From: Octopus bimaculoides
Lineage: Eukaryota
Assembly (NCBI RefSeq): GCF_001194135.2
Contig: NC_068983.1
Coordinates: 30,103,168 to 30,135,946 of the forward strand
Direction of reading: 5' to 3'
DNA length: 32,779 bases
In this document: piece after piece, positions 22,201 to 32,779 of the stretch
Numbering within the stretch: the first letter of the stretch is position 1
Layout: every line of letters begins with the position of its first letter
Position numbers and translations under genes: made by a program
The notes under the pieces: model-generated
Database searches by the model: none
Seen by the model: the letters and a program-made list of their open reading frames with translations, nothing else
What the model was told of the DNA's origin: nothing

Positions 22201-25200
22201 ACAGAAGAAAGACTGATAGATCCACTGAAGGAATTTAACCCTTTAGTGTTCAGATTACTCTGTTAAATGTAATATTTTCCGTTCAAATTGTTTTGAGTTA
22301 ATCATGCATTATGTTATAGCTTTGAGGTTTCAATGATGTGATTGTTTCTTTTTAGAATGTCACTGTAGGTTAGGTGTGAGGGGCTGGATCTGGCCAGTTT
22401 GAATATGAAACATGTAGAATATTTGGGCCGGATATGGCCGGTTCAAACACTAAAGGGTTAAACCATGTATTTATTGCTTACAGGATTCTTGTTGTAACCT
22501 CTGCTAAGAATAATTTGCTTGACGAAAATCAGAGATATCAAGGAGAAAATTAATAGATACTGGAATATAAAGGCGGGGAAACAGAATGTATAGACATAGG
22601 TGTGTGGTTGTGATGCTTACTTCCTAACTGTGTGGTCTTGGGTTTAGTCCCACTATACAGCAACTTTGACAAGTGTTTTCTACTACAACCTTAGACTGGC
22701 CAAAGCCTTGTGACTGGATTTGGTAGACAGAAACTAAAATAAGCCCATTGTAATACATGTGCTTGTGTTTGTGAGTATTCTTGCGTAGATATTGTGTGAG
22801 CATCATCATCGTGTAAATATAATTGTTTGTTTCAATCTTCTGTGCAAAACACATTTGTACAATCACCAAAACTTTATCCATCCATTTTCTCAGCCCATTA
22901 TTCTTGGGAGGGTTGTGAAGATAGAGTCCTCATGTACCGCCTCCATAGGGTCTTATCACAAGCCACTGTGATTACACTTTCCTGCTGGATTCCCAAGCAT
23001 GACCAACTGAGGATTATGGTTATTACCCAACCATCACATTCTTGGTCTACTCTGAAGCTCAACTAGAAGAATCCATTTTGCAGTCCTTCTTGTGACATTC
23101 TTATCACATGTCCATAGTATGAGAGTTGTGGCCTCTCAATGCAGAGAATTAGTGGCTTGACCTGGAGAGCCTTCTTGATCTCTGAGTTACACATTTTGTC
23201 AAGTTGTTGGCACTCCGTCGCTTATGATGTCGAGGGTTCCAGTTGATCCGATCAACAGAACAGCCTACTTGTGAAATTAACGTGCAAGTGGCTGAGCACT
23301 CCACAGACACGTGTATGCTTAATGTAGTTTTCGGGGATATTCAGCGTGACACAGTGTGACAAGGCTGGCCCTTTGAATTACAGGCATAACAGAAACAGGA
23401 AGTAAGAGTGAGAGAAAGTTGTGGTGAAAGAGTACAGCAGGGTTCGCCACTACCCCCTGCCGGAGCCTCGTGGAGCTTTAGGTGTTTTTGCTCAATAAAC
23501 ACTCACAACGCCTGGTCTGGGAATCGAAACCGCGATCCTATGACCGCGAGTCTGCTGCCCTAACCACTGGGCCATTGCGCTTCCTTTGTCAAGTAACATT
23601 ACTACAAATATTCTTCAAAGAAAATCCCATTTTGGTTGCTTGTATTTGTGATTTGTATTCTTTCGATTATTACCCAACATTCATGATGATGGGTTGGGAA
23701 AGGCATAGAAACCTGAATTAATATCAATTTGTTTAAAGACGGCGAGCTGGAAGAAGCGTTAGCACACCAGGCAAAATGCTAAGCGGCATTTCGTCCATCC
23801 TTATATTCTGAGTTCAAATGCTGTTAAGGTCAGTTTTACTTTTACATCGGATTTGATAAAATAAGTATAAGTTGAACACTGGGGTCAATATAATCAACTT
23901 ACCCTGCCCCCAAAATTGCTGGCCTGGTGCCAAAATTTGAAACCAATATTTGTTTAAATTTCTGTTTAACATTTTGTAACAGAAACATAACAAGATCTTT
24001 CAATGTTTCATATATCATTGGGTTCTATCTATTCAATATGAATATTTCACATGTTAAGTCTTTAGTATCTATTCTCTCTGAGAAATTGTTGAGCCAATGA
24101 GGGAACCACAAATTGGTTACTTATTATGCTAGAAACAGCAGTCAAATCTCTCTCATGCCAAATTTGCCGTCTTAAAAAACAAAACAGAAGGACATTGGAT
24201 ACAAAAAAACAAGAGGGCCATGTCTGGAATATCATTCACCTTAGGTTTACTTAATTAGGGCTGACCTAAGGTTAAACAGCAACAGAACTATTTCCGAAAT
24301 GTTAAAGGGTCAAAATGTAATTGCAAACTTTATATGTAAGGGATTTTTCAATGTTGCTTTATACTTTCTTTTATTGATTAGAAACAGGTAGTTTATGTTA
24401 TCCGTGCTGACCTCCTACCATCGTATATTGGATACCAAGTGGCCAAAAAAATTCTGTTTGTTGGAGAGTCCATTAAAATGTTTGATACTCAAAAGTTAAC
24501 ACCAGAAATTAAGAAACTAGGTGAGTCTTTTAACTAATCTAATTAACTTCCTGAATCTAAATATTTGAAATGAGATGTTAATATGATTATTTTTCAGGTT
24601 ATTAATTAATCCTACCACATAAAAAGCGTTGGTGCTGGTTCCATGTAAAAATATTGGTACTGGTGCCACATGAAAAGCACTGGTGCTGATGCCACATGAA
24701 CGGCACTGATGCTGGTGTCATGTAAAAAGCATTGATGATCTGGCTCCCGTGCCGGTGGCACGTAAATAGCACCATTTGAGCGTGATCGTTACCAGCGTCG
24801 CCTTCCTGGCACTAGTGCCGGTGGCACAGGAAAAGACATTTGAGCGAGATCGTTTCCAGTGCCGCTGGACTGGCTCCTGTGCAGGTGGCACGTAAAATAC
24901 ACCATTTTGAGCGTGGCCGTTTCCAGTACCGCCTGACTGGCCTTCGTGCCGGTGGCACATAAAAGCACCCACTACACTCTCGGAGTGGTTGGTGTTAGGA
25001 AAGGCATCCAGCTGTAGAAACTTTGCCAAATCAGGTTAGAGCCTGGTGTAGCCATCTGGTTCACCAGTCCTCAGTCAAATCGTCCAACCCATGCTAGCAT
25101 AGAAAGCGGACGTTAAACGATGATGATAATGATGGTGCCACATAAAATGCACTGATGCTAGTGCCATGTAAAAATCACCCACTACACTCTGTAAAGTGGT

Positions 25201-27485
25201 TGGTGTTAGAAAGGGCATCTTGCTGCAGAAACCAAGCCAAAGCAGATTATGGAATCTGGTGCAGCCCCTGGCCTTGTCAGTTCCTGTTAAGCTGTCCAAC
25301 ATATGCCAGCATGAAAAGCAGACATTAAATGAGGATGATGATTTCAGTTGGTTTGTTCTCTGATCATTAAAAAAATGATAACCGTTGCCCTTTCAAAGCC
25401 TAGCCAGGCTCATGGGCCCGGTTTCCCGGTTTCTATGGCGTATATGTTCCCCCCAGCTGGATGGGACGCCAGTCCTTCGCAGCGTTACTCAAGAAACAGG
25501 AAGAAAGAGTGAGAGAAAGTTGGGGCGAAAGAGTACAACAGGGGTCACCCCCCCCCCCCCTGCCGGAGCCTCATGGAGCTTAGGTGTTTTCGCTCAATAA
25601 ACACTCACAACGCCCGGTCTGGGAATTGAAACCGTGATCCTCTGATCGTGAGTCCGCTGCCCTAACCACTGGNNNNNNNNNNCCCCCCTGCCGGAGCCTC
25701 ATGGAGCTTAGGTGTTTTCGCTCAATAAACACTCACAACGCCCGGTCTGGGAATTGAAACCGTGATCCTCTGATCGTGAGTCCGCTGCCCTAACCACTGG
25801 GCCATTGCGCCTCCACTCTCTGATCATTATCAAGTGTTTAATTCCTGAATATCTACATTGTCCCTGACTGAATTCAGACTAAGACACTTTCTTTCTAAAG
25901 TATGAATAATAATATTTTCATCCACCAAGGTATTAACTAGACATGTGTCATTATCCTTTAGTGTAGAAATAAAGGTTTCTAGTTGGAATAGGGTTTGGTA
26001 CAGATGCTAACTTTTTATTTGATTTTCTACAGCTGGATACCCTTCTTGTCTCCAGCTGTCACCAGTTTTTAAGTAAGGTAATATTTTCCCATGGGCATAC
26101 GTTTTATATGGAAGACTAGAAATGAACAACCTCGCTGGTATGACAGTGATGCTCATTTACAACCATCCCATGATATTTAGACAAGGGTGCACCCCCCACA
26201 CACATGCACACACAATCACACACATGAACACACTCACACACGAACACACCCACATACAAATACCCACACAAATGCACTCACACAAACACACACACACACA
26301 CACACACTCACACAAACACACACTCACACAAACACACACTCACACTCACTCACATACAAGCACTCACTCAAACACACACACAAACATACTTACACACAAG
26401 CACACTCACACACAAGCACTCTCACACACAAGCACTCTCACACACAAACACACTCACACACAAACATACAAACACTCTCACACACAAACATACTCGCACA
26501 CAAACGCTCAAACACTCACACACAAATATACACACACACACTCAAAACACGTGCGCACGCACACACACACATACACACACACGTATATATGTATATAACA
26601 AGCTTCTTTAAGTTTCCGCCTACGAAATCTGCTCACAAGACTTTGGTTGGCCTGAGGCTGTAGCAGAAGACACTTGCCTAAAGTACCACGCATATGCCTC
26701 TCTTAAAATAGCAGCCAAATCTCCTTCAGCTACCTTACTGTGTTAAAAAGAGGAAGCACACAGAATAATGTAGCTCAGTACACAAAAACATGGGATTAGT
26801 CATGGCTGGAGTGCCTTAAACTGCAGGTCTGCTTAATCAACACACACTTTCATTGTATTTTTGTTATTCAATCAGTTTATTCTCTGTTAATATGCTTTCT
26901 CCATTGCACTTTTAATTTTTTTTGATGTAATATATCTTTTAGTATTAAATATTTAAACTTTAAGAAAACATTCTATGATTTTTTGACGAATTTTTTTTTC
27001 TTTTTTTGTCATTAGAAAACTCTTTGAGAAAAGGACAAGAAAATTTTTCTAAAGACCTCTTCAGACTGTCACAGGAAAAGAATTTTAATCAAATCAACTT
27101 CAGAGAAACTGTCAATGCCGTCCGAGGATTTGTTGCTGAAGTAAGATTTTTTTGAAATAGGTTGTTGCCAGTGCCACTGGACTGGCTCCTGTGCAGGTGA
27201 CACGTAAAAAAAACCCACTTGAGCGTGGCTGTTGCCAGTACCACCTGACTGGCCCTTGTGCCGGTGGCACGTAAAAGCACCCACTACACTCTCGGAGTGG
27301 TTGGTGTTAGTAAGGGCATCCAGCTGTAGAAACTCTACCAGATCAGATTGGAGCCTGGTGCAGCCATCTGGTTCGCCAGTCCCCAGTCAAATTGTCCAAC
27401 CCATGCTAGCATGGAAAGTGGATGTTAAACGATGATGATGATGATGGTGATGATGATGATCATGATCATCATCATCATCATCACC

Positions 27486-27519
<34 letters not shown>

Positions 27520-30286
27520 TCATCACCATCATTGCTTTGCAAAGTATTTTACTTATCTAAGGTGGCAAGTTGGCAGAATTATTAACATGCCAAGTAAAAA
27601 TGCTTAGTGGTATTTCGTCTGTCTTTATGTTCTGAGTTCAAATTTTGCTGAGGTTGATTTTTACCAGTCATCCTTTCAGGGTCAATAAAATACCAGCTGA
27701 GTACTGGGGTGCTGATGTAATTGACTTAACCCTCTCCTGAACTTGCTGGCCTTATGCCAAAAATTTGGAAGCATTATTAAGGCAGCATTAATGTGGCAAG
27801 GTGGTAGAATCGCGTTAGCACACCGGGCAAAATCCTTTGCAGCATTTCATCTGTCTTTTATGTTCTGAGTTCAAATTCCGGTTGAGGTTGACCTTTGCCT
27901 TTCATCCTTTCAGAGTTGAAGAAATAAGAACCAGTTGAGCACTGGCATCAATGTCATCCACTTACCTCCTCCCCCAAAATTGGTGACCTGGTGCCAAAAT
28001 TTGAAACCAACATTATTACACTTATGTCAGCTTGATAATATACAATACCAGTGATGTAGTGGGGAAGATGTAATCTATAACTGTACCAGCCCTTTTTCCA
28101 AAATGTGTGACCTTGTGCTTGTCTTGAAAATCAGTATTATGCTTAATATAATATGTAATGGAATCAGTATAGTATTCTTTTCTTTTCTACTCAAGGCACA
28201 AGGCCCAAAATTCTTGGGGAGGGGTGTCAGTCGATTAAATCGACCCAGCACGCAACTGGTACTTAATTTATCGACCCCAAAAGGATGAAAGGCAAAGTCA
28301 ACCTTGGCGGAATTTGAACTCAGAAAGTAAAGACAGACGAAATACCGCTAAGCATTTCGCCTGGCGTGCTAACGTTTCTGCCAGCTCACAGCCTTGGAAT
28401 CAGTAGAACATTGAACCAAATCTGTTGTTTATTTTTTAACTTGTTTCAGTCATTGGACTGCGGCCATGCTAGCACACCATCTTGAAGGGTTTAGTTGAAC
28501 AAATTAACCCCAGTATTTATTCTTGTTGAGCCTGGTACTCTTCTATTAATCACTTTTGTTGAACTGTTAAGTTACGGAGATGTAAACAAACACCAGTTGT
28601 GAAGCAGTGTAGGGTCAAACACACGCACACACACACACACACATACACACACGCACACACACACACACACACACACGATGGATTTCCACATCTATCAAAT
28701 TCGCTTGCAAGCTATTGCTTGGCTTTATGTCCGTTCCTTCATGGTCTGATACCAAATCGTGTCAGGCATGGTTTATAGTGTGTAGTTGTCTCCCTTTATT
28801 TTCTGAGCTTGAATTTTGTGAGATTACTTCTGCATTTCGTCCTTTCAAGGATTGATAAAATGCAGCACCAGTCAAATACTGGAGTTGATTTAATAGATAG
28901 TTCCCTGCCCCTAATCTTGTAACCTTGTATCTAGGTTTTGAAATAAAAATTGTATTCAACTTAAGGTGGTGAACTGCAAAAAATGGTAGAATGTTGGACA
29001 AAATGCTTTGTGGTATTTAGGTATGTCCTTTTACATCCAAATTTCAGATCTGGCCCTGGTTGAATTTTGCCTTTCATCTTTCTGGGGGTCAGTAGGTAAG
29101 TGTGTGTGTGTTGGCACTCCGTCGCTTATGACGTCGAGGGTTCCAGTTGATCTGATCAACAGAACAGCCTGCTCGTGAAATTAACGTGCAAGTGGCTGAG
29201 CACTCCACAGACACGTGTACCTTTAATGTAGTTCTCGGGGATATTCAGCGTGACACAGTGTGACAAGGCTGACCCTTTGAATTACAGGCACAACAGAAAC
29301 CAGAAGTAAGAGTGAGAGAAAGTTGTGGCGGAAGAGTACAGCAGGGTTCACCACCATCCCCTGCCGGAGCCTCGTGGAGCTTTAAGTGTTTTCGCTCAAT
29401 AAACACTCACAATGCCCGGTCTGGGAATTGAAACCGCGATCCTATGACCACGAGTCCACTGCCCTAACCACTGGGCTATTGCGCCTCCACCAGTAGGTAA
29501 GTAGGAGTCAAGAAATAGGGTCGATATGTTTGATTGTTCCATCATTGTTCTTTTATGTCCATTTTCTCGTAAGTTGGACAAGCTGGCTCTAATTGTGTTC
29601 AAATTTGGAGTTATATACATACACATATATTTATATCTGACAGGTGCTTACAAAGTTCTTGTGTACCAAATTTCACTCACAGCACTTAGATTGACTAAAG
29701 TTGCTCAGTGTACCAGGCATTAAGATAAAGCCCAGAGCCACAGGATTTTCAATTGAACTTCTTAAATCCCATGTCACATGCTTGTACCTTTGGTTAATTT
29801 TTTAAAATTTATAATTGTTTTCTATGTACTGATTCAAAGTAATGATTTTTTTTTCTATTATGTAGCAACTCTGGTTGTTAGTTGTCGAAGACTCTGATAT
29901 ATTTGGACAGTTGAAACTCTTAAAGGACATCTTTTTATTTGGTCGAGGTGACCTTTACCAGTCCTTTATAGACACAGCTCATTCATTACTCATCTCAATT
30001 CCTCAGTACAACACTGAGCATGGTAAGTTCTGTAAATATTCTCTCAATTTTAACTGTGTAATTTAAATCTTTTAAGACCATAGTCTGTGTCAATTGATTG
30101 TGAAAAATATTCATAGGCGCAGGAGTGGCTGTGTGGTAAGTAGCTTGCTTACCAACCACATGGTTCCGGGTTCAGTCCCACTGCGTGGCACCTTGGGCAA
30201 GTGTCTTCTACTATAGCCTCGGGCCGACCAAAGCCTTGTGAGTGGATTTGGTAGACGGAAACTGAAAGAAGCCCGTCGTATATATG

Positions 30287-30321
<35 letters not shown>

Positions 30322-32209
30322 TTGTCTGTGTTTGTCCCCCCACCATTGCTTGACAACCGATGCTGGTGTGTTTACGTCCCCGTAACTTAGCGGTTCGGCA
30401 AAAGAGACCGATAGAATAAGTACTAGGCTTACAAAGAATAAGTCCTGGCGTTGATTTATTCAACTAAAGGTGGTGCTCCAGCATGGCCGCAGTCAAATGA
30501 CTGTAACAAGTAAAAGAGTAAAAGTTAAGAGGAATTTAGTAAAATAACTAGCAACTGTTTGGAATGTGACTTATCTGAAGGTATCTCTATGAAATTTGGT
30601 TTGAAAGTTTAAATTTAAATATTATCACTTCAAAATGGATGTTTTATTTATAAAAACTGCAGACTCAGGCAGGTTGCAATCAAGAGGGGTTAAAATATTT
30701 TTCTTTTTTAATGTTTTTTTTTGTAAGGAACTCTGATTTAAACACTGCATCTGTTTTACTGGAATTCTTTAGATAATAACACTTGCAGCGTGGAAGGTGT
30801 TTATAAACCATTTAAAAACACACAGAAACCCATTAGATTCACTTCAACATTTAAATTTAATTTGTCAGAATATTTTCGTCACTTTGAAACCATGATTTGT
30901 TTGCTGACAAAATTCCATGCAGCATGGAATTTTATCAGTGAACAGGTCTAACAGTTTTTGTTTGTTTTTAAATGGCTTACAAACACCTTCCACACTCCAA
31001 TTGTTTTTGTTTCAGCACACGATCTTGGATCAGGTCACTTGCTATGCAAGTACATCTCCGTAAATCTTTAGATAATATTCTTTCAAATTTTGGCTCAAAT
31101 CCAGAAATTTTAGGGGAGGGTTAGTCCATTACATCACCTCCAGTACTTGACTGGTACTTTATTTCATCAACCCAGAAAGGACAACAGGCAAAGTTGACCT
31201 TAGCAGGATTTGAACTCAGAATGTAAAGAGCCATCAAACATTTTGTCTGGCTTGGAATGATTCAATTCTTTAAACAATATTATCAGAGATTGTAGTGTTG
31301 AGTTCTTCCTCAGGCAACAACTGAATAAACCTGAAAAAGTGTGGAGGCATGTGGCTTAGTGGTTAGAGTGGTGGACTCCTGATTGTAAGATTATGGATTT
31401 GATTCCAGGACTGGACAACATGCTGTGTTCTTGAGCAAAACACTTCATTTCTTGTTGCTCCAGTGCACTCAGCTGGCAAAAATGAGTAATCTTATGATGA
31501 ACCAGTGTCCCATCGAGGTGGGGAGCATGTATGCCATAAAACTGGGAAACCAGCCTTTATGAGTCAGTATGACTCGAGAAGGTAATTTTACTTTTTACTG
31601 AAAAAGTACAATTGTTATGATTGCAAATACAAATGGCCAAAATATGGTTCCTTTGAAGGTTCTCTTGAGTAATGTTACTTGACAGGGTGTGTAGCTGGAG
31701 ACTAGGTAGTCTCACCAGGTCAAATCAATACTTTTCTGCATTGAGAAGTTATAGCCCTGGTGCTACAGACATGTGGTTAGAGAGTTGCTAGAAAGAATGG
31801 ATTCTTTAAAGCAGAGCCAACCAGCTGGAGATATATATGGGTAGACCAAGAATGAGATGGTTGGATAACATCCATAGTCTCAGTGTGCCATACTTGGAAA
31901 TCCAGCTGGTAAGTCTAATGATGATTCCTTCTGATAGAACCCTATAGAAGAGCTACCTGAAAACTCAACTCCCATGATTCTCCTCGGAATAGTTGGCAGA
32001 GAAAATGGGTGAATAGATAGTTGTATTTAATACTAATTAACTATATTTAAATAATCAATTAGTATTTATATTAAAATCAAAACTGTTTTTTTTTTGTAAA
32101 TAATTTTCAGAATTGAACACCGTATTTCGATCTGTTATCCGTAATACACTCTGGGAAAATGACAGTTATTTGCACAATTTCCAGCTCACTTGTAAAACTG
32201 GTACTGGCG
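9232..32209 (+). CDS. TUBGCP4: Gamma-tubulin complex component 4 (GCP4), spliced, 3'-partial (exons 1-10)
   Basis: Exons 9232-9306, 12606-12714, 13390-13580, 15882-15938, 19820-19899, 21007-21163, 24382-24520, 27016-27140, 29866-30022, 32111-32209. All introns are GT..AG with consistent phases. Motifs MLHELLFALSGYPG, PFLHSAEEKALNRLC, HGIYL, LLFP, CHG..WMLYGKL..EFFI, LLPSYI..VAKKILFVGES, LWLLVVEDSD..GQLKLLKDIFLFGRGDLYQSFID follow GCP4 order. Confidence 0.95.
11926..11960. repeat. (TA)n microsatellite
   Basis: Direct inspection. Confidence 0.95.
12129..12575 (+). mobile_element. SINE family C copy
   Basis: Same head, microsatellite and tail as the 30115 copy. Confidence 0.8.
12606..12714 (+). 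CDS. TUBGCP4: TUBGCP4 exon 2
   Basis: VQKGLPFLHSAEEKALNRLCQLATHFKMFKGFINKY|gtaagt. Confidence 0.92.
12778..13167 (+). mobile_element. tRNA-derived SINE family B, full length
   Basis: Head GGAGGCGCAATGGCCCAGTGGTTAGGGC (A box) ..GGTTTTGATTCC (B box), A-rich tail; antisense copies at 23204-23584, 25385-25812 and 29110-29488. Confidence 0.85.
13390..13580 (+). CDS. TUBGCP4: TUBGCP4 exon 3
   Basis: ..GEMHGIYLMFLCSGLNTLLEDYQNDILELEKSALADPHLPVSEVLLKLQH|gtaaga. Confidence 0.92.
13759..14100 (-). mobile_element. (GAT)n-tailed RTE-3'-end repeat, young copy nested antisense in an older copy (13690-14365)
   Basis: catcatcatcgtttaacgtccgcttcccatgctagcatgggttggacg..; other copies at about 5198-5292, 10866-11050, 21289-21606, 24690-25130, 25130-25340, 27160-27431 and 32396-32579. 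Confidence 0.85.
14408..15275 (-). mobile_element. 5'-truncated RTE-clade LINE (ORF C-terminus, gap, 3' UTR with (GAT)n tail)
   Basis: WAKFRELLALLATKGLSLRVKGRLYDACVRTAMLHGSETWAV..RWMC..LREKL..RRLRWYGHVVRM at 15275-14946. Same-strand (GAT)n-tailed repeat at 14644-14408 across the gap. Confidence 0.8.
15882..15938 (+). CDS. TUBGCP4: TUBGCP4 exon 4
   Basis: tttttcag|YELLFPALSSFLTELKQHE|gtacaa. Confidence 0.88.
16091..16214. repeat. (CA)n microsatellite inside an antisense SINE C
   Basis: Direct inspection. Confidence 0.95.
16967..19208 (-). mobile_element. Penelope-like retroelement (PLE), 5'-truncated, partly in N gaps
   Basis: Minus-strand 18861-18496 encodes a GIY-YIG endonuclease C-terminus (TYTGATENSFKTRLYSHK..SLAKYIWHLK..CDLCLLEK..LNQRRELLNTCRH). 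Hammerhead at the 3' end; flanked on both sides by (TA)n of a split SINE. Confidence 0.85.
17063..17119 (-). ncRNA. Minimal type I hammerhead ribozyme in PLE pseudo-LTR
   Basis: UAACAAAACUGU-CCGAUGA-ACG GGAA CGU-GAAAC-UCAGA-GUA-ACGGUUUUUUUGUUA. Stem I pairs, 3-bp stem II with GNRA loop, short stem III, cleavage triplet GUA at 17080-17078; core U4>C. Confidence 0.8.
19820..19899 (+). CDS. TUBGCP4: TUBGCP4 exon 5
   Basis: AHGCYILDRIHKASISGIPVVKQTFE|gtaagt. Confidence 0.92.
21007..21163 (+). CDS. TUBGCP4: TUBGCP4 exon 6
   Basis: LLSTCHGPLFKHLCAWMLYGKLMDPYKEFFIQE..DAK|gtaatt. Confidence 0.92.
21179..22150 (+). mobile_element. Old RTE 3' end (ORF terminus plus 3' UTR) with two nested insertions
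   Basis: RKTWEKVVRKDLQALGLTEGLTGDRNSWWFAVLEKT at 21181-21288. Then a younger antisense copy (about 21289-21606), UTR continuation, a TTAA MITE (21850-22049) and the gatgacgatgatg tail. Confidence 0.7.
22239..22457. mobile_element. piggyBac-type MITE
   Basis: TTAA|CCCTTTAGTGTT...AACACTAAAGGG|TTAA: 12-bp TIR, TTAA target duplication. Second copy at 21850-22049 (right TIR deleted); faint relic near 3860-3930. Confidence 0.85.
22885..23202 (-). mobile_element. Degenerate RTE-like LINE 3' fragment
   Basis: Broken frame NSEIKKALQVKPLILCIERPQLSYYGHVIRM..RPRM*WL; cut off by a SINE at about 23204. Confidence 0.65.
23204..23584 (-). mobile_element. tRNA-derived SINE family B
   Basis: Reverse complement of 12778-13160 at high identity. 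Confidence 0.85.
24382..24520 (+). CDS. TUBGCP4: TUBGCP4 exon 7 (acceptor could alternatively be 24388)
   Basis: KQVVYVIRADLLPSYIGYQVAKKILFVGESIKMFDTQ..|gtgagt. Confidence 0.88.
24690..25340 (+). mobile_element. Two tandem (GAT)n-tailed RTE-3'-end repeats
   Basis: ..aaaagcacccactacactctcggagtggttggtgttaggaaaggcatccagctgtagaaac..gttaaacgatgatgat, followed by a second, more diverged copy. Confidence 0.8.
25385..25812 (-). mobile_element. tRNA-derived SINE family B variant (contains an apparent assembly duplication across an N gap)
   Basis: Head ends at ccattgcgcctcc 25812; 25553-25672 is repeated at 25682-25800. Confidence 0.75.
26195..26595. repeat. Degenerate (CA)n-rich tract
   Basis: Direct inspection; source of the HT-rich ORFs. 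Confidence 0.95.
27016..27140 (+). CDS. TUBGCP4: TUBGCP4 exon 8
   Basis: NSLRKGQENFSKDLFRLSQEKNFNQINFRETVNAVRGFVAE|gtaaga. Confidence 0.9.
27160..27531 (+). mobile_element. (GAT)n-tailed repeat with expanded (GAT)/(CAT)/(CAC) tail
   Basis: Same family; tail 27430-27531 yields the spurious poly-His ORF. Confidence 0.8.
28190..28395 (-). mobile_element. tRNA-like SINE family D
   Basis: Minus strand ..gagctggcagaaacgttagcacgccaggcgaaatgcttagcgg..ctgagttcaaattccgcc..; related copies at about 15455-15680, 23738-23945, 27560-28010 and 31110-31230. Confidence 0.75.
29110..29488 (-). mobile_element. tRNA-derived SINE family B
   Basis: Reverse complement of the 12778 copy. Confidence 0.85.
29866..30022 (+). 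CDS. TUBGCP4: TUBGCP4 exon 9
   Basis: QLWLLVVEDSDIFGQLKLLKDIFLFGRGDLYQSFIDTAH..TEH|gtaagt. Confidence 0.94.
30115..30522 (+). mobile_element. tRNA-derived SINE family C (internal (TA)/(TG) microsatellite), full length
   Basis: ggcgcaggagtggctgtgtggtaag (A box)..gggttcagtccc (B box)..gcaccttgggcaagtgtc..microsatellite..aaatgactg.aacaagtaaaagag. Other copies at 11377-11585, 12129-12575, 16082-16365(-), 16785-16966 plus 19209-19437, 22595-22760 and 26590-26690(-). Confidence 0.85.
30786..30997. mobile_element. Fold-back MITE with about 31-bp TIRs and central palindrome
   Basis: gtggaaggtgtttataaaccatttaaaaaca / tgtttttaaatggcttacaaacaccttccac; 17-bp central palindrome at 30904-30938. Confidence 0.7.
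31680..32015 (+). mobile_element. Degenerate RTE-like LINE 3' fragment related to 22885-23202
   Basis: Shared strings ctgcattgag, gacatgtg, gtagaccaagaatg.gatggttgg, gaatccagc and gagaaaatgg. Confidence 0.6.
32111..32209 (+). CDS. TUBGCP4: TUBGCP4 exon 10
   Basis: ttttcag|..LNTVFRSVIRNTLWENDSYLHNFQLTCKTGTG|gtatgt; phase 1 matches exon 9. Confidence 0.85.
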
Positions 32210-32395
32210 GTATGTATAAAATCATTGTTTTAGAAATTGTTTTATCAACTGGGTTACTGATGAGAAAATGCTTTTTAAAGTGTTAAACACTTGATAGACC
32301 TGACAACAGTCTATTGCACTTTATATTCTTTTTGCGTTTTGACGGGGTTATTGGCAGAAAGGGCATCAAATTCTAAAACAATGTCTCAATAATAT

Positions 32396-32579
32396 ATCAT
32401 CATCATCATCATCGTTTAACGTCCACTTTCCATGCTAGCATGGGTTGGACGATTTGACTGAGGACTGGTGAAACCGGATGGCAACACCAGGCTCCAATCT
32501 AATTTGGCAGAGTTTCTACAGCTGGATGCCCTTCCTAATGCCAACCACTCAGAGAGTGTAGTGGGTGCTTTTACGTGTC
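32396..32579 (-). mobile_element. (GAT)n-tailed repeat, truncated
   Basis: Near-identical to 14408-14600; ends in (TA)n. Confidence 0.85.
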
Positions 32580-32610
<31 letters not shown>

Positions 32611-32779
32611 GGTTTTTAAACTTTTAAATTTTCATATTCAAATGTCTAAATCCAATGGACCAGTCACTGGATAAGTTTGGCACAGAAATGTTAACATAGA
32701 GTGGTGAATAAATCGATATATCGAATTTGAAGTCTCTGTCTCTTTTGAATATGAAAATTTAAAAGTTTAAAAGCCTTAT

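Noticed and set aside
22484-22555. Apparent acceptor (ttgcttacag) and short reading ILVVTSAKNNLLDENQR as an extra TUBGCP4 exon
   Set aside because: In the required phase 0 it hits a stop after 7 codons, and no suitable donor follows.
25553-25800. 120-bp direct repeat on either side of a short N run
   Set aside because: Identical overlap flanking a gap is typical of a scaffolding artefact, not a biological duplication.
26122-27607. HT-rich, CV-rich and poly-His ORFs (also 15878-16278, 12124-12465 and 30111-30463)
   Set aside because: Translations of microsatellites and SINEs; no coding signal.
1-32779. CRISPR array or prokaryotic systems
   Set aside because: Eukaryotic spliced genes throughout. 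The only regularly spaced repeat is the snoRNA array, whose 570-730-bp units have homologous spacers.

Overview
Intron-rich, AT-rich animal genomic DNA with assembly gaps. The density of tRNA-SINEs, RTE-LINE remnants and microsatellites suggests an octopus or other coleoid cephalopod; this is an inference from repeat style, not a database result. Two protein-coding genes lie head-to-head about 430 bp apart (ATG to ATG). RPL4 (60S ribosomal protein L4) is on the minus strand: 7 coding exons traced from 8803 down to 3642, with the 3' exons beyond the left edge. TUBGCP4 (gamma-tubulin complex component 4) is on the plus strand: 10 coding exons traced from 9232 to 32209, continuing to the right. 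The most notable feature is a tandem array of five near-intact SNORD18/U18 box C/D snoRNAs (794-3451) in what appears to be a single RPL4 intron. Each copy is followed by a conserved 3'-splice-site-like motif, and two decayed U18 relics remain in introns 4 and 5. Other notable items are two long hairpins in RPL4 introns 1 and 3, a Penelope-like element with a GIY-YIG remnant and a minimal type I hammerhead ribozyme inserted in the (TA)n tract of a SINE, nested inverted RTE 3' ends, and TTAA-flanked MITEs. Most ORFs in the supplied track are artefacts of repeats, microsatellites or N gaps. All alignments were done by eye.
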